Source of the DNA: a virus
IMG/VR virus record: IMGVR_UViG_3300014720_002669
DNA length: 64,000 nt
Strand: one strand, 5' to 3'
Part shown: positions 10,763 through 20,113 of the stretch, piece after piece
Layout of the letters: each line of letters starts with the position of its first letter
Numbering within the stretch: position 1 is the first letter of the stretch
Notes under the pieces: model-generated
Seen by the model: the letters and a program-made list of their open reading frames with translations, nothing else
Databases searched by the model: none
Told to the model about the DNA's origin: nothing
Made by a program: the position numbers and the translations under genes

Positions 10763-11341
10763 GTGAGACACCACGAAATCACTCAAGAAGCATCGCCCAA
10801 CACCTGGGCAGGCAGTTTTACTCCTGACCTGGTGGCCAGCAAGACCTGGTTGACCACACAGTTGAAAAAACAACTGGCCGGTGCGTCAGCTGGCGACGTC
10901 TATGTGCTGGGCAGTTGGTGGGGCAACACAGGAGTGTTTATCCAGCAGGCCGGCATTGAGTTTGATCGACTGATCATGGTAGAACGGCGCAGATACTTGT
11001 TGGCCAGCACCAAGATGCTGTTGAACGACCTGTGGCAACAAGGACGCTTGGTATTGTGGCATCAGGATGCTGCCAACATCCAGTATCCCACCAATCGAAC
11101 CATCACAGTGATCAACACCAGCAGCAATGAAATGCCCAGAACTTGGATCACTCGAGTGCCCCGGGGCACACTCACAGTGATACAGTCAAGGGACAATGTC
11201 AAGGATGTCAAGGTCATCACTGACACAGCAGCACAGTTTTATGCCAAGTTTCCCTTGAAAACCACAGTGTACTGGGGCGAACGCCGACTGCGAGATCCAG
11301 AAACACGCTACCGACGCTGGATGAAGATTGGCTATAAATAA
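10763..11341 (+). CDS. SAM-dependent methyltransferase-like protein
   Basis: VYVLGSWWG motif-I-like segment, VINTS; start codon uncertain. Confidence 0.5.
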   Translation: MRHHEITQEASPNTWAGSFTPDLVASKTWLTTQLKKQLAGASAGDVYVLGSWWGNTGVFIQQAGIEFDRLIMVERRRYLLASTKMLLNDLWQQGRLVLWHQDAANIQYPTNRTITVINTSSNEMPRTWITRVPRGTLTVIQSRDNVKDVKVITDTAAQFYAKFPLKTTVYWGERRLRDPETRYRRWMKIGYK

Positions 11342-11347
11342 ACAACT

Positions 11348-11701
11348 ATGACGTACAAAGAAATTCTTGAAGCCTGCTGGACTGGTTATCGCCAAGCAGG
11401 CATGAAAAACAAAGGCGGGCGCCAGGTGCCCAATTGCGTGCCTGTGCGCGAAGCCGAAATAGAAGAAAATCTTCGTGACTGGTTCAAACAAAAGTGGGTG
11501 CGTTTTGGTCCTGATGGAAAAATCCGTGGCGACTGTGCTAGAGGAAGTGAAAAGGAAGGCAAGCCCAAGTGTTTGCCCCAGGCCCGGGCGCACGCACTGG
11601 GTCGAAAAGGTCGTGCCAGTGCAGCGGCTAGAAAACGGCGTGAAGATCCCAACCCCAACCGTACAGGAAAGGCCATCAACGTGGCAACTAAAAAGAAATG
11701 A
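11348..11701 (+). CDS. small basic putative virion protein
   Basis: Follows TATAAATA; ILE|ACW and EIEE|N processing-like junctions. Confidence 0.7.
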   Translation: MTYKEILEACWTGYRQAGMKNKGGRQVPNCVPVREAEIEENLRDWFKQKWVRFGPDGKIRGDCARGSEKEGKPKCLPQARAHALGRKGRASAAARKRREDPNPNRTGKAINVATKKK

Positions 11702-12849
11702 TCATAAGCGAACTATTTGAAGAGCCACAACAGTGCCCCGAATGCGGTGGCATCAGTTTCTCAGACTTGATCCTGGCTGAAAAGAAAGACGCCTGCTACC
11801 ACAAGGTCAAGGCATCAGCCAAGGTATGGCCGTCGGCCTATGCATCCGGACGCTTGGTACAGTGTCGCAAAAAAGGTGCCGCCAACTATGGCAACAAATC
11901 AGAAGGTGTATCAGAAGCACCACTACCTGGACAACGTCGAGGCCCATTAGATTTGCAACCACTGGAAGGTGGTGGTGTTGGTGGCGGTGGTGGTTTCGGT
12001 GGCCCAACTCGAAGTGGTCCTTCACAATTTTTTGGTCCCAAACCCGGGTCACGTGAAGCATCTGTTGCTCAGCCCAATCCCAACACTATGACGGTGAAAC
12101 AAAGTCCAAACCCTGACTATCGCTCCCCATCTCAACAATCTCAAACCACAGGTGATAAACCAAAAATCAAAGTCAATCCTGGTGAAACCGTACCTCAGGC
12201 CATAGAACGCACAAAAACCCAACAAGAATTTGGCAAGTTCCTACAAGGGCAAAGTGGTCAAACATTTGGCGCCGGCGCTGGCCGTGGCTCAATAAATCCA
12301 GCGCCAACAAACACCATGAACAACACACCGGTCAGTGTTAGAAATAAGCCATCTGCTATGAATTCCATGGCCAGAGACTTGACCAAGACCCCCACGTCAA
12401 CTAGACAAAACACTCAGACTGAGCCAGTCAAACAATCTGAACCAGTCAAACAACCTGATCCGTTTGACTTGCCACTTGACGTTGGTGCAGCACGTCCAGG
12501 TTTTGACGGTAGAATGGGCTCAACACCAATGCCAAACAGAGCAGACAAACAGTCATCCATGCTTGGAAAAGCAGGCAAAACACTGGGATATGGAGCAGCC
12601 GCTTATGGTGCTGCTGACTTAGGTTCACGTGCCCTGGACTACTATGATCAAAATTATTCTGAGGTTCCTTATGTTCCTCAGATCAAGGAAGCCAAAAAAC
12701 AACCACCCGAAGTGGAATATGATGACGAATATGATGCCATGGTGGCCAGAGTTAAAAAGTTGGCCGGACTGGGTCCGCTTAAAACTGTGTACGATCCCAA
12801 ACGACGTCAGTATCGCAACCAGCCCACAGTCCAACAGCCTAAAAAATGA
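11698..12849 (+). CDS. modular low-complexity putative virion cargo protein
   Basis: MIISELFEE start; EGVSE|A and QIKE|A junctions; Gly/Pro/Gln-rich core. Confidence 0.7.
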   Translation: MIISELFEEPQQCPECGGISFSDLILAEKKDACYHKVKASAKVWPSAYASGRLVQCRKKGAANYGNKSEGVSEAPLPGQRRGPLDLQPLEGGGVGGGGGFGGPTRSGPSQFFGPKPGSREASVAQPNPNTMTVKQSPNPDYRSPSQQSQTTGDKPKIKVNPGETVPQAIERTKTQQEFGKFLQGQSGQTFGAGAGRGSINPAPTNTMNNTPVSVRNKPSAMNSMARDLTKTPTSTRQNTQTEPVKQSEPVKQPDPFDLPLDVGAARPGFDGRMGSTPMPNRADKQSSMLGKAGKTLGYGAAAYGAADLGSRALDYYDQNYSEVPYVPQIKEAKKQPPEVEYDDEYDAMVARVKKLAGLGPLKTVYDPKRRQYRNQPTVQQPKK

Positions 12850-13451
12850 GAGCACAGGAGTTTGTCATAGAGCGCAAAAAAAGCCGCCGAAAAAAATCCA
12901 GCCGGCACGGTGGATATTTCTTTCCAGGATATGCCTACTATAGCAGTGGTGGCGATTCCAGTGAAGGCGGTGGAGACGGCGGCGGCGAATCACGTTCAGG
13001 CACACCGGAAGGCAAACGTATTGCAAGAAAGCCTGGGCAACCAGCAGCATCAAAAAAACATTCAGATCTTTACACAGATGAGAATCCTCGTGGCACCATC
13101 ACCGGTTTGAAATTTGCCACGGTGGAAGATGCTCGAGCCAGTGTAAGTAAAATACGAAACAGTGGCCGCAGTCATGCACACAAGATACAGGCAGCTGTGG
13201 CCATGGAACAACGAGCCCGTGCAGCCGGCAAAAGTGATGCAGCAGCAGTGTATAGGCGATTCATTGACGCCAACAAAAAAACTGAAGAACAGCAATTAGA
13301 CGAACTCAGCTTCCTAGGATCCCAATGCACCAAAGACTGCTCAGGTCACAGAGCCGGATACGAGTGGTCAAAACGCAAAGGACTACGTCAGGCCAACTCA
13401 TGGTCACCCAGTTTCAACAAAGGCGCTGGCCTGGCAGTGGCAGGAAAATAA
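12846..13451 (+). CDS. modular putative virion cargo protein
   Basis: MRAQEFVIE start; QLDE|LSFLG module. Confidence 0.7.
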   Translation: MRAQEFVIERKKSRRKKSSRHGGYFFPGYAYYSSGGDSSEGGGDGGGESRSGTPEGKRIARKPGQPAASKKHSDLYTDENPRGTITGLKFATVEDARASVSKIRNSGRSHAHKIQAAVAMEQRARAAGKSDAAAVYRRFIDANKKTEEQQLDELSFLGSQCTKDCSGHRAGYEWSKRKGLRQANSWSPSFNKGAGLAVAGK

Positions 13452-13484
13452 CACCCCAACTGTGAATCACAAATACATAAGTGC

Positions 13485-14327
13485 ATGATTGATATTGTCA
13501 CTGTTGTTTTTGAACAAGAAATTTCCATATTACGAGCACAGGCACAAAGCATTGCTTTAAATTGCCAACGCATTGGTATCCGCAACATCTACGTGGTGTT
13601 GAATGACACAGAAACCATTGCCGGTCAAATTGATCCTGCTTGGTGGGGACCACTGGCCAGCAATGTGCTGATAATTCCACGCACAGCATTCTCCACACCG
13701 TTTGTGACCGATGGATGGGTCAGTCAGCAAGTACTCAAACTGCTCACCGCATCAATGAGCTACAACACTTACTCAATGATTTTGGATGCCAAAACCTTGT
13801 TTGTGCGTGAACTGGATCCTGCCACTGTGGTGGACGAAACAGGTCGAATCCTCACAGGTAGATGTCCCATATACCCTGTGTTCGAGCCCAGCAAAAAAAT
13901 AGTAGAACAGTTGTTTGAAATTGAACTCACTGAACAACTGGGCCCTGGTGGTGTGCCATTCATTGTACACAACGACACCGTGAGAATGATGATAGCTGAA
14001 GTTACCTTGCGCACACGCACATCATTTCCCACATGGTTCCAACAACAAGGCATGGTCACTGAATTTATATTGTATTCAGGCTTTGTAAAATTCTTGTGCG
14101 GCAATTTGGAAGTCATGTACGACAGGCAAAACAAACTGGGCAGCATAGTAAATGTCAGTCATGATGAAACTGTGCATTGGCTGACGAAAATAAATCAAAT
14201 GAACAATCGAAACACTCTGACTGTGAGTGTGCATAGAGGCGCCTGGCTCCGACTAACTGCACAACAACGTCAAGAATATCGAGACTTGTTGCTACAACGT
14301 GGCATAGAGGCAGCACAAGATCTATGA
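13485..14327 (+). CDS. nucleotide-sugar transferase-like protein (DUF6492-like)
   Basis: GWVSQQVLKL, ILDAK, TEFILY. Confidence 0.55.
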   Translation: MIDIVTVVFEQEISILRAQAQSIALNCQRIGIRNIYVVLNDTETIAGQIDPAWWGPLASNVLIIPRTAFSTPFVTDGWVSQQVLKLLTASMSYNTYSMILDAKTLFVRELDPATVVDETGRILTGRCPIYPVFEPSKKIVEQLFEIELTEQLGPGGVPFIVHNDTVRMMIAEVTLRTRTSFPTWFQQQGMVTEFILYSGFVKFLCGNLEVMYDRQNKLGSIVNVSHDETVHWLTKINQMNNRNTLTVSVHRGAWLRLTAQQRQEYRDLLLQRGIEAAQDL

Positions 14328-14836
14328 AGGCGTTGTGTCTTGTGGCTCATCCCGATGACTGTGTGATATTTGCCTACAGCTATATCTACAATCATCCTGA
14401 GCATGACTGGACCATTGGCTATTTGACCTACACCGCTCAAGATCCGCGTGGTGCAGAAATGGCAGAATTTTGGCAACGCCGAGGCATTGGCACAGTGTTC
14501 CTGGGCTTTGAAGACCACTGGCATGACAATGAACAGAAACAATTTACTCGTTGGACAGAAGAACGTGCAGAACGAGCCTGTTGGGCACTAGCAAAAGATT
14601 TTGACTTGGTATTGACTCATGACGAATCAGGTGACTATGGACACATACATCATGTGTTGGTATACAATTCTGTGCAATGGCACCCGCGTCTGGTGACATT
14701 TGCTCGCCCCGGCGAAGGCACGACATACACAGTGCCCAACAGTGCATACAGTCTGGATGAGGTGCCACGGCACGCCAACATCATTGCTGGATTTCACATC
14801 AATCAACATCAAAACAGTTACAAGGAACCCCAATGA
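14324..14836 (+). CDS. PIG-L/LmbE-family deacetylase
   Basis: VAHPDD, LTHD..GDYGHIHH. Confidence 0.8.
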   Translation: MKALCLVAHPDDCVIFAYSYIYNHPEHDWTIGYLTYTAQDPRGAEMAEFWQRRGIGTVFLGFEDHWHDNEQKQFTRWTEERAERACWALAKDFDLVLTHDESGDYGHIHHVLVYNSVQWHPRLVTFARPGEGTTYTVPNSAYSLDEVPRHANIIAGFHINQHQNSYKEPQ

Positions 14837-15639
14837 AATTAATGGTAGCAGGTTGTAGTTTTAGTGCTGTAAGCAAGTCATTGCCTGGCACTGCTTGGAG
14901 TGAAGTGTTGGCCAAGAAACTGGGTTGGGATTTGGTCAATCTAGCACGTCAGGGCTGCTCCAATGGTGGCATACGCATACAGATAGATGAGATACGTCGC
15001 CAGCGTGCAGACTTTGCTGTGATCACTCCCACATTCTGGGACCGAATGGAAATACCTGCCAACTCAGTGCCCTACGACTGGAATCAAAAACCCAGTTCAG
15101 GAGTGAATCCCCCACTGGAACAGCATTTGCAAAATCGTGCCCTGGGCAATGGCTACCGCAGAGAAGATGGCATACGCAATGTCAACTACGGCACAGAACC
15201 ATCAAACATGATTTGCGAAACTATCTTTACTTTGGCTGAAAACTTTGATCATCCTTACAGAATGGCTCGTATTACAAAGCAAGCACAAACAGGTGTGCGC
15301 CATTGGATTGACAGTATCTACGACAATGCTTGGAAAAAACAATGTGACGAATGGATTATGCGTGATGGCATCACAATGATGTACTTGGACGGTATCCGAT
15401 TTATTGTGTGTCCCAACCTGCTGTGGCCATTTGATCCTGCAAATTCTTCACAGTGGCGTGAGGCATTTCCCAGCATTGTGCCTGACCATTACATCAATTT
15501 GGATCCTGCTCGATCCCCACAGGCCATCTGCGGCAACAATCCCTTTAAGGGCGAAGATCCTGGTTATCATTCAAGTCCAGCGGGACAAGAAATAATTGCT
15601 GAACACTTTTATCAAACTTGGTTGGATCACTTCAAGTGA
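14833..15639 (+). CDS. SGNH/GDSL hydrolase-like protein (paralog 1)
   Basis: AGCSFS, NLARQGCSN, C-terminal DPGYH. Confidence 0.65.
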   Translation: MKLMVAGCSFSAVSKSLPGTAWSEVLAKKLGWDLVNLARQGCSNGGIRIQIDEIRRQRADFAVITPTFWDRMEIPANSVPYDWNQKPSSGVNPPLEQHLQNRALGNGYRREDGIRNVNYGTEPSNMICETIFTLAENFDHPYRMARITKQAQTGVRHWIDSIYDNAWKKQCDEWIMRDGITMMYLDGIRFIVCPNLLWPFDPANSSQWREAFPSIVPDHYINLDPARSPQAICGNNPFKGEDPGYHSSPAGQEIIAEHFYQTWLDHFK

Positions 15640-16688
15640 TCTACCACAAACTGTTGTAGTTCTTTTGTTTTTTCTTGTTCAAACTTGTACAGCCTATTGT
15701 GATTGTGATCTAACTTGGGTCGGAGTTTTGGCAACAGTGCAGGCAAGTCTTGCGTACACAGATACTGCACTTGTTCAAACGCCCGGCTCCAACGAACTAC
15801 GTCATCCGGCTCGGCATCGTATGATTCATCAATGACATCACCAAATGTTTCAAACCCCCAATCACGATACTGCTGTAAAAAATCTTGTATGGCAAACACC
15901 ACAAACAGTCTGCGAGCTTGAAAACACTTGGCAGTTTTTTCAGCAGAAAGAAACACACGATCCTTGCCCAAAGTTTCACACACCACACTGAACCAAGTGC
16001 GATTGTATATTTCCCAAGGCACTAGACCGCTGACACTATTGTCCATGTCTTTTTTAACTTCCCATGCTGAGTCCAAGTTTGGGCTCACATAAGGATACTG
16101 TAATGCAGTATTATCAAACAGCCTAGCTACACGTTCGGGTGTTGAATCAATCCAATGCCCCACAAACAAGTCTCTGTAGGTCACAATGCTCTGTTCCAGC
16201 AAGCCTGATTGTTGTAGGCCCAGCATCACAAAGTCTCTGTGCTCTCGTCGAGCGCCTAGTAAGCATTCAAATGCATAAGCACGTTCGGCAGGAAAATCTT
16301 CTCTTGGTTGATTCCACCGCAAGAAGTTGAAACTCCAAGCTGGTCTGTAAATCACTCTTGGGTGGGGTGGTTCATCCAACCACACACCGGCTGTGTGCAA
16401 CAGCCAGTTTTCTATGCCTGTGGTCCCAATCCATTCCACAAGTTCTTTTTTGCTGTGCCACTCAATGTCAGTGAACAACACAAGATCAAATTTGTGCAGC
16501 GGCAATTGCATGTATTCTGTGTTGTATTCGTGTTTGTTGGACAGACTGTAAAACACCGGCATCACTGCAATGCGATGTGGTTGTGATAATGCAGTGTCTA
16601 AGTCTACTATTTGATCGTAGCCAAAGCCCCACTCTGTGGCCTGGTAGCCCGGGGAGAATACTTTAAGTGAGGCGTGCAAGAGTTTCAC
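15627..16688 (-). CDS. hypothetical glycosyltransferase-like protein
   Basis: FECLLG..REHR, SVVCET..SAEKTAK, GFETFGDVIDESYD; paralog of 48911-49846. Confidence 0.6.
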   Translation of the reverse strand: MKLLHASLKVFSPGYQATEWGFGYDQIVDLDTALSQPHRIAVMPVFYSLSNKHEYNTEYMQLPLHKFDLVLFTDIEWHSKKELVEWIGTTGIENWLLHTAGVWLDEPPHPRVIYRPAWSFNFLRWNQPREDFPAERAYAFECLLGARREHRDFVMLGLQQSGLLEQSIVTYRDLFVGHWIDSTPERVARLFDNTALQYPYVSPNLDSAWEVKKDMDNSVSGLVPWEIYNRTWFSVVCETLGKDRVFLSAEKTAKCFQARRLFVVFAIQDFLQQYRDWGFETFGDVIDESYDAEPDDVVRWSRAFEQVQYLCTQDLPALLPKLRPKLDHNHNRLYKFEQEKTKELQQFVVDHLK

Positions 16689-17547
16689 GTATCTTGTCCA
16701 TGTAATAATCGAACTTCACAACTTCTTTCCGTTCCCAGTCCATTTGCAAACTGCGACTCAAGTCAGGCACAGCATCACACACAGCAGTGTGATATGAAGG
16801 ATCAAAGTCACCAATCTTTTCCATGTCATCATAATGATATCGGCGTTGGAACTCTTGGGTGATGGGCCTGCGGCTCATGGTCCAGTTGCCAATGAATTCG
16901 TATTCTGAGAACCAGCGTATGAGTTCACCGTTGCCCCAGGGAGGTACAGTGGGTTCAGGCGGACATGAGTCAATCATGGCATCCAGCCATTTCTTCTGAT
17001 GTTTTTCTTCCAGGAACTTTACTAAATCGTTAAAGTCTTGTTTGAGTACAGGCACGTTTTCACTAATAAAGCAGTGCGGGGTAAGTCTGTCAAAGCCCAG
17101 GCCGTTCTTGATGCTTTCGTAGTAGCCCCAACTGTGACGTTCATTCTCCAGCACTTGAAAATTCAACACCCCGTCCTTGATAGGTTCGTAGGGTCGGATC
17201 AGCAGACAATCACAGTCGTGCATGATCATCAAGTCATAGTTGAGATAATCAAGAAACGCAAATTTGATGGCTTGTTGACGCAGCCAGTAGGTTCGGTAGT
17301 CGCCTTCAAACACCCAGTTGTTGACTTCAGGATAGATTCTGTAGATCTCTGAATCAGGAGCATAGTCTAATTTGGCGGTGTCAATGCCGTACTTTTCAAA
17401 CACAGGCCACAGTTCTTCCTGCGGTACAGGACTGGCAATACAAGTGCGGTCTATGCCAATGAGATTGTTGGCAAATTCAGGTTGCAGGCTCATGATAGCA
17501 TGCGGCACACGATATCGTGCTAGGTATAAAATTCTTGCTGAGGTCAT
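16663..17547 (-). CDS. DUF6492-like nucleotide-sugar transferase-like protein
   Basis: WLRQQAIKF, HDCD, FSEYE; start moved to MTSARIL, which follows AAGGAA. Confidence 0.6.
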   Translation of the reverse strand: MTSARILYLARYRVPHAIMSLQPEFANNLIGIDRTCIASPVPQEELWPVFEKYGIDTAKLDYAPDSEIYRIYPEVNNWVFEGDYRTYWLRQQAIKFAFLDYLNYDLMIMHDCDCLLIRPYEPIKDGVLNFQVLENERHSWGYYESIKNGLGFDRLTPHCFISENVPVLKQDFNDLVKFLEEKHQKKWLDAMIDSCPPEPTVPPWGNGELIRWFSEYEFIGNWTMSRRPITQEFQRRYHYDDMEKIGDFDPSYHTAVCDAVPDLSRSLQMDWERKEVVKFDYYMDKIRETLARLT

Positions 17548-17554
17548 ATTTTCC

Positions 17555-18544
17555 TTAGGTGATTGAGCAACTGTTGACACATTGATACAGCCTACCATCG
17601 GCAATACTGCTTTTAGCCCAGGTTTGTTCCACACGTTCAAACCAGTCAAGACAATGCGCCAAATCATATTTAAGTGCGTTGTTTTCCTCAACCAATTCTT
17701 TTGTTTGACTGTTGCCGGCATGATACATGGTTTCAGGGTAGAATCCCAGATAGCAACAAGGATACACTGACCCGTCTGCGGCTATGTATATTTCTTGTTT
17801 GATCTTGTGTTGACAACGTAAATTTAACTTTGCTGTATCCTTGTGACTTTGCACAGTGCGCGGATCAAACCATGTGACATGACTTTGTATTAAATCTTTA
17901 ATGTGCGGCACATGATTGCTGGAGTCTGTGCCAATCCTGTGACTGTATTCTCCTGACCTAGTGAACACCGGTCCGGAGTCTCGGCCATCGTAGATGTTTT
18001 CAAACTCAACAAATCCCAGGTCTTGGGCCAGTTGTCGGCATTCGGCTTCTTGATGTCGGTTGTGATCAAATGGTACGAAACGCCATTTGGCCCGACCGCC
18101 CGCAGCGATCAAAGCCTGTGCATTGGCTATGACTTTGTTCCAGTCTGTATCTTGACGGTACAGGGCATGAGTATCTGCCAGACCGTCCAGCGCAAATCCC
18201 ACAGTGACCCGGGGCAACGCCAAACGCCGCCACCAATCTGTGTTGCGCAAACTGCCGTTGGTGTTGATGTTTACTGTGACACCATGTTCCGCAAGATACT
18301 CAACTATTTCCACAGCGTCTCGAGCCGACGCAAAGTCTCCCAGGTTGCCATTGAAGTTGACGTGTGTTAGCTGTGATATCACAGGTGCCAAAATGTGCCG
18401 GAACTGTGCAAGACTCAGTTCCACATCAGGATAACCTGAATTGTAATCCAAGCCTCGATAGTTGCGCATACACATGGGACAACGGGCATTGCACCGGGTA
18501 GTGAGTTCCACATGCACCTGGCGTATTTGGTCTAATTTTAGCAT
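17555..18544 (-). CDS. radical SAM protein with a SPASM/twitch domain
   Basis: [31 protein letters not shown]-terminal CVNSC. Confidence 0.9.
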   Translation of the reverse strand: MLKLDQIRQVHVELTTRCNARCPMCMRNYRGLDYNSGYPDVELSLAQFRHILAPVISQLTHVNFNGNLGDFASARDAVEIVEYLAEHGVTVNINTNGSLRNTDWWRRLALPRVTVGFALDGLADTHALYRQDTDWNKVIANAQALIAAGGRAKWRFVPFDHNRHQEAECRQLAQDLGFVEFENIYDGRDSGPVFTRSGEYSHRIGTDSSNHVPHIKDLIQSHVTWFDPRTVQSHKDTAKLNLRCQHKIKQEIYIAADGSVYPCCYLGFYPETMYHAGNSQTKELVEENNALKYDLAHCLDWFERVEQTWAKSSIADGRLYQCVNSCSIT

Positions 18545-18581
18545 GGGATATTTATATACACAGTTTTGACTAAATATATCT

Positions 18582-18884
18582 ATGCAAACTCAATACGTGC
18601 GAGTAGTATGTGACATAAGTGGCAGGTGTTCTCAACCTGCACGATATCGCGTGTATGTCAATGAAGAATTGTTCAGTGAGCGCACCTGGATCTGGAAAGA
18701 CATTTATCTTGAAGAGTCTTTGCAAATACAAGCACCGTTTGGCGCTTACTTGTTGCGGTTTGAAAATGTAGATCCTGACTGTGGGAATTTCAAAATGCGC
18801 AATGTGCGAGTACAAGAAGGTCCTGGCAAGATCAAAACCTTTGATGGCAAAATATACATAGAGGTGCATGATGAGATGGCGTGA
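18582..18884 (+). CDS. hypothetical protein
   Basis: Follows TAAATA; divergent from the radical SAM gene. Confidence 0.7.
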   Translation: MQTQYVRVVCDISGRCSQPARYRVYVNEELFSERTWIWKDIYLEESLQIQAPFGAYLLRFENVDPDCGNFKMRNVRVQEGPGKIKTFDGKIYIEVHDEMA

Positions 18885-19089
18885 AATTGTAGAATCAGCA
18901 TCAGCAGGCGCTACTGCATCTGGCGGTATTGCTCCTGTAAGCCAGCCCATGGGCATAACGTCAAGATCTGGCAGTTCCTTACTGACAGGTAAATATACAA
19001 CTGGTTTGGACCCTACGCCGAATACACCTAAAGAATACAAGAGGAACAAGCATGCTCGCGGACAATTTGAAAACTCTATTGGCAAGTAA
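18868..19089 (+). CDS. small putative virion protein ([18 protein letters not shown]...)
   Basis: N-terminus resembles the other cargo proteins in this block. Confidence 0.6.
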   Translation: MMRWREIVESASAGATASGGIAPVSQPMGITSRSGSSLLTGKYTTGLDPTPNTPKEYKRNKHARGQFENSIGK

Positions 19090-19492
19090 TTTTGTCTACT
19101 ACCTCAAAGCACACCAATTTCATTGGAATGTGGAAGGCTCTGATTTTGGCCAGCTACACAAATTTTTCCAAGAAATCTACGAAGATGCCTATGGTGCGTT
19201 GGATCTGATTGCAGAATACATACGATATCTTGACGAATACGCTCCCGGCAGCCTTGAACGCTTTGCTGAACTCAGTATCATACAAGGCCAAACCAAGATA
19301 CCACGTGCTCGACTCATGATTGAGGAACTGTTGGCCAACACACAACAAATGATCGACCTGCTGAACCAGTGCTTTGCTGCTGCTGAACAAGAAAGTCAAC
19401 AGGGCATTGCTGACTTTGTGAGCCAGCGGCTGAGCCAACACGGCAAGTATCAATGGCAACTGCGCAGTTATCTGAAAGATCAGCGAGCATGA
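19052..19492 (+). CDS. dps: Dps / ferritin-like DNA protection protein
   Basis: KAHQFHWNVEG, LHKFF, DLIAEYIR, HGKYQWQLRS. Confidence 0.9.
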   Translation: MLADNLKTLLASNFVYYLKAHQFHWNVEGSDFGQLHKFFQEIYEDAYGALDLIAEYIRYLDEYAPGSLERFAELSIIQGQTKIPRARLMIEELLANTQQMIDLLNQCFAAAEQESQQGIADFVSQRLSQHGKYQWQLRSYLKDQRA

Positions 19493-20112
19493 ACAACGAC
19501 ATTAGATCAATCTTGGACCGATTGGCCACAGTGGAGGGTCGACTGAGCCCTGCACAACAACGAGTGCCACAACTGCCTGCACTGTTCAAACCCCGACACA
19601 TTCGTGCCCTGGGCGCAAAAACAGATCCTGCTCATCCCATGGACGGATACATGGTGGGTGATAGTGTAGAACCCCGGCGGACCGCACTTGAAGAAGCCAT
19701 GGCCGAGATCGAAGAAGACATGCTGAGCAAGGTCAAAAAAGACCTAACACAATACTTGGACCGACTTGAAAAGAAGGTGCGTGTTGACCGTGACTTGAAA
19801 GACAAAGCCAAGGATGCTGTAGAACGTGGTCAAGCCGAAGAAGACCTTGATGAATTTGCCCCAGTTGGCGGAGACGACCGCGAACCCAATGAAGAAGAAA
19901 GATTGCATCCAGTGGAAACATTTGAAATGGCTGACGGTTCATGCTTGGAATGCTATGGCGACGATGAACAAGGGTACGAACTGAGACGGAACGGAAACAG
20001 CCTGCCCAGTCGTTTCAAAACACGCAAACATGCCAAAATGGCTGTGGACTTGTTTCGCGCTCGACGAAAACAAAATCAAGACCTCGGCCAAGATTACATA
20101 GAAGAACGCTGA
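19489..20112 (+). CDS. putative virion protein
   Basis: MNNDIRSILDRL; ends DYIEER, similar to the DYVEEYRS end of 3012-3746. Confidence 0.65.
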   Translation: MNNDIRSILDRLATVEGRLSPAQQRVPQLPALFKPRHIRALGAKTDPAHPMDGYMVGDSVEPRRTALEEAMAEIEEDMLSKVKKDLTQYLDRLEKKVRVDRDLKDKAKDAVERGQAEEDLDEFAPVGGDDREPNEEERLHPVETFEMADGSCLECYGDDEQGYELRRNGNSLPSRFKTRKHAKMAVDLFRARRKQNQDLGQDYIEER

Positions 20113-20113
20113 T

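Noticed and set aside
12417-12455. Short tandem repeat EPVKQ(S/P)
   Set aside because: Only two to three copies in a low-complexity linker; ordinary slippage.
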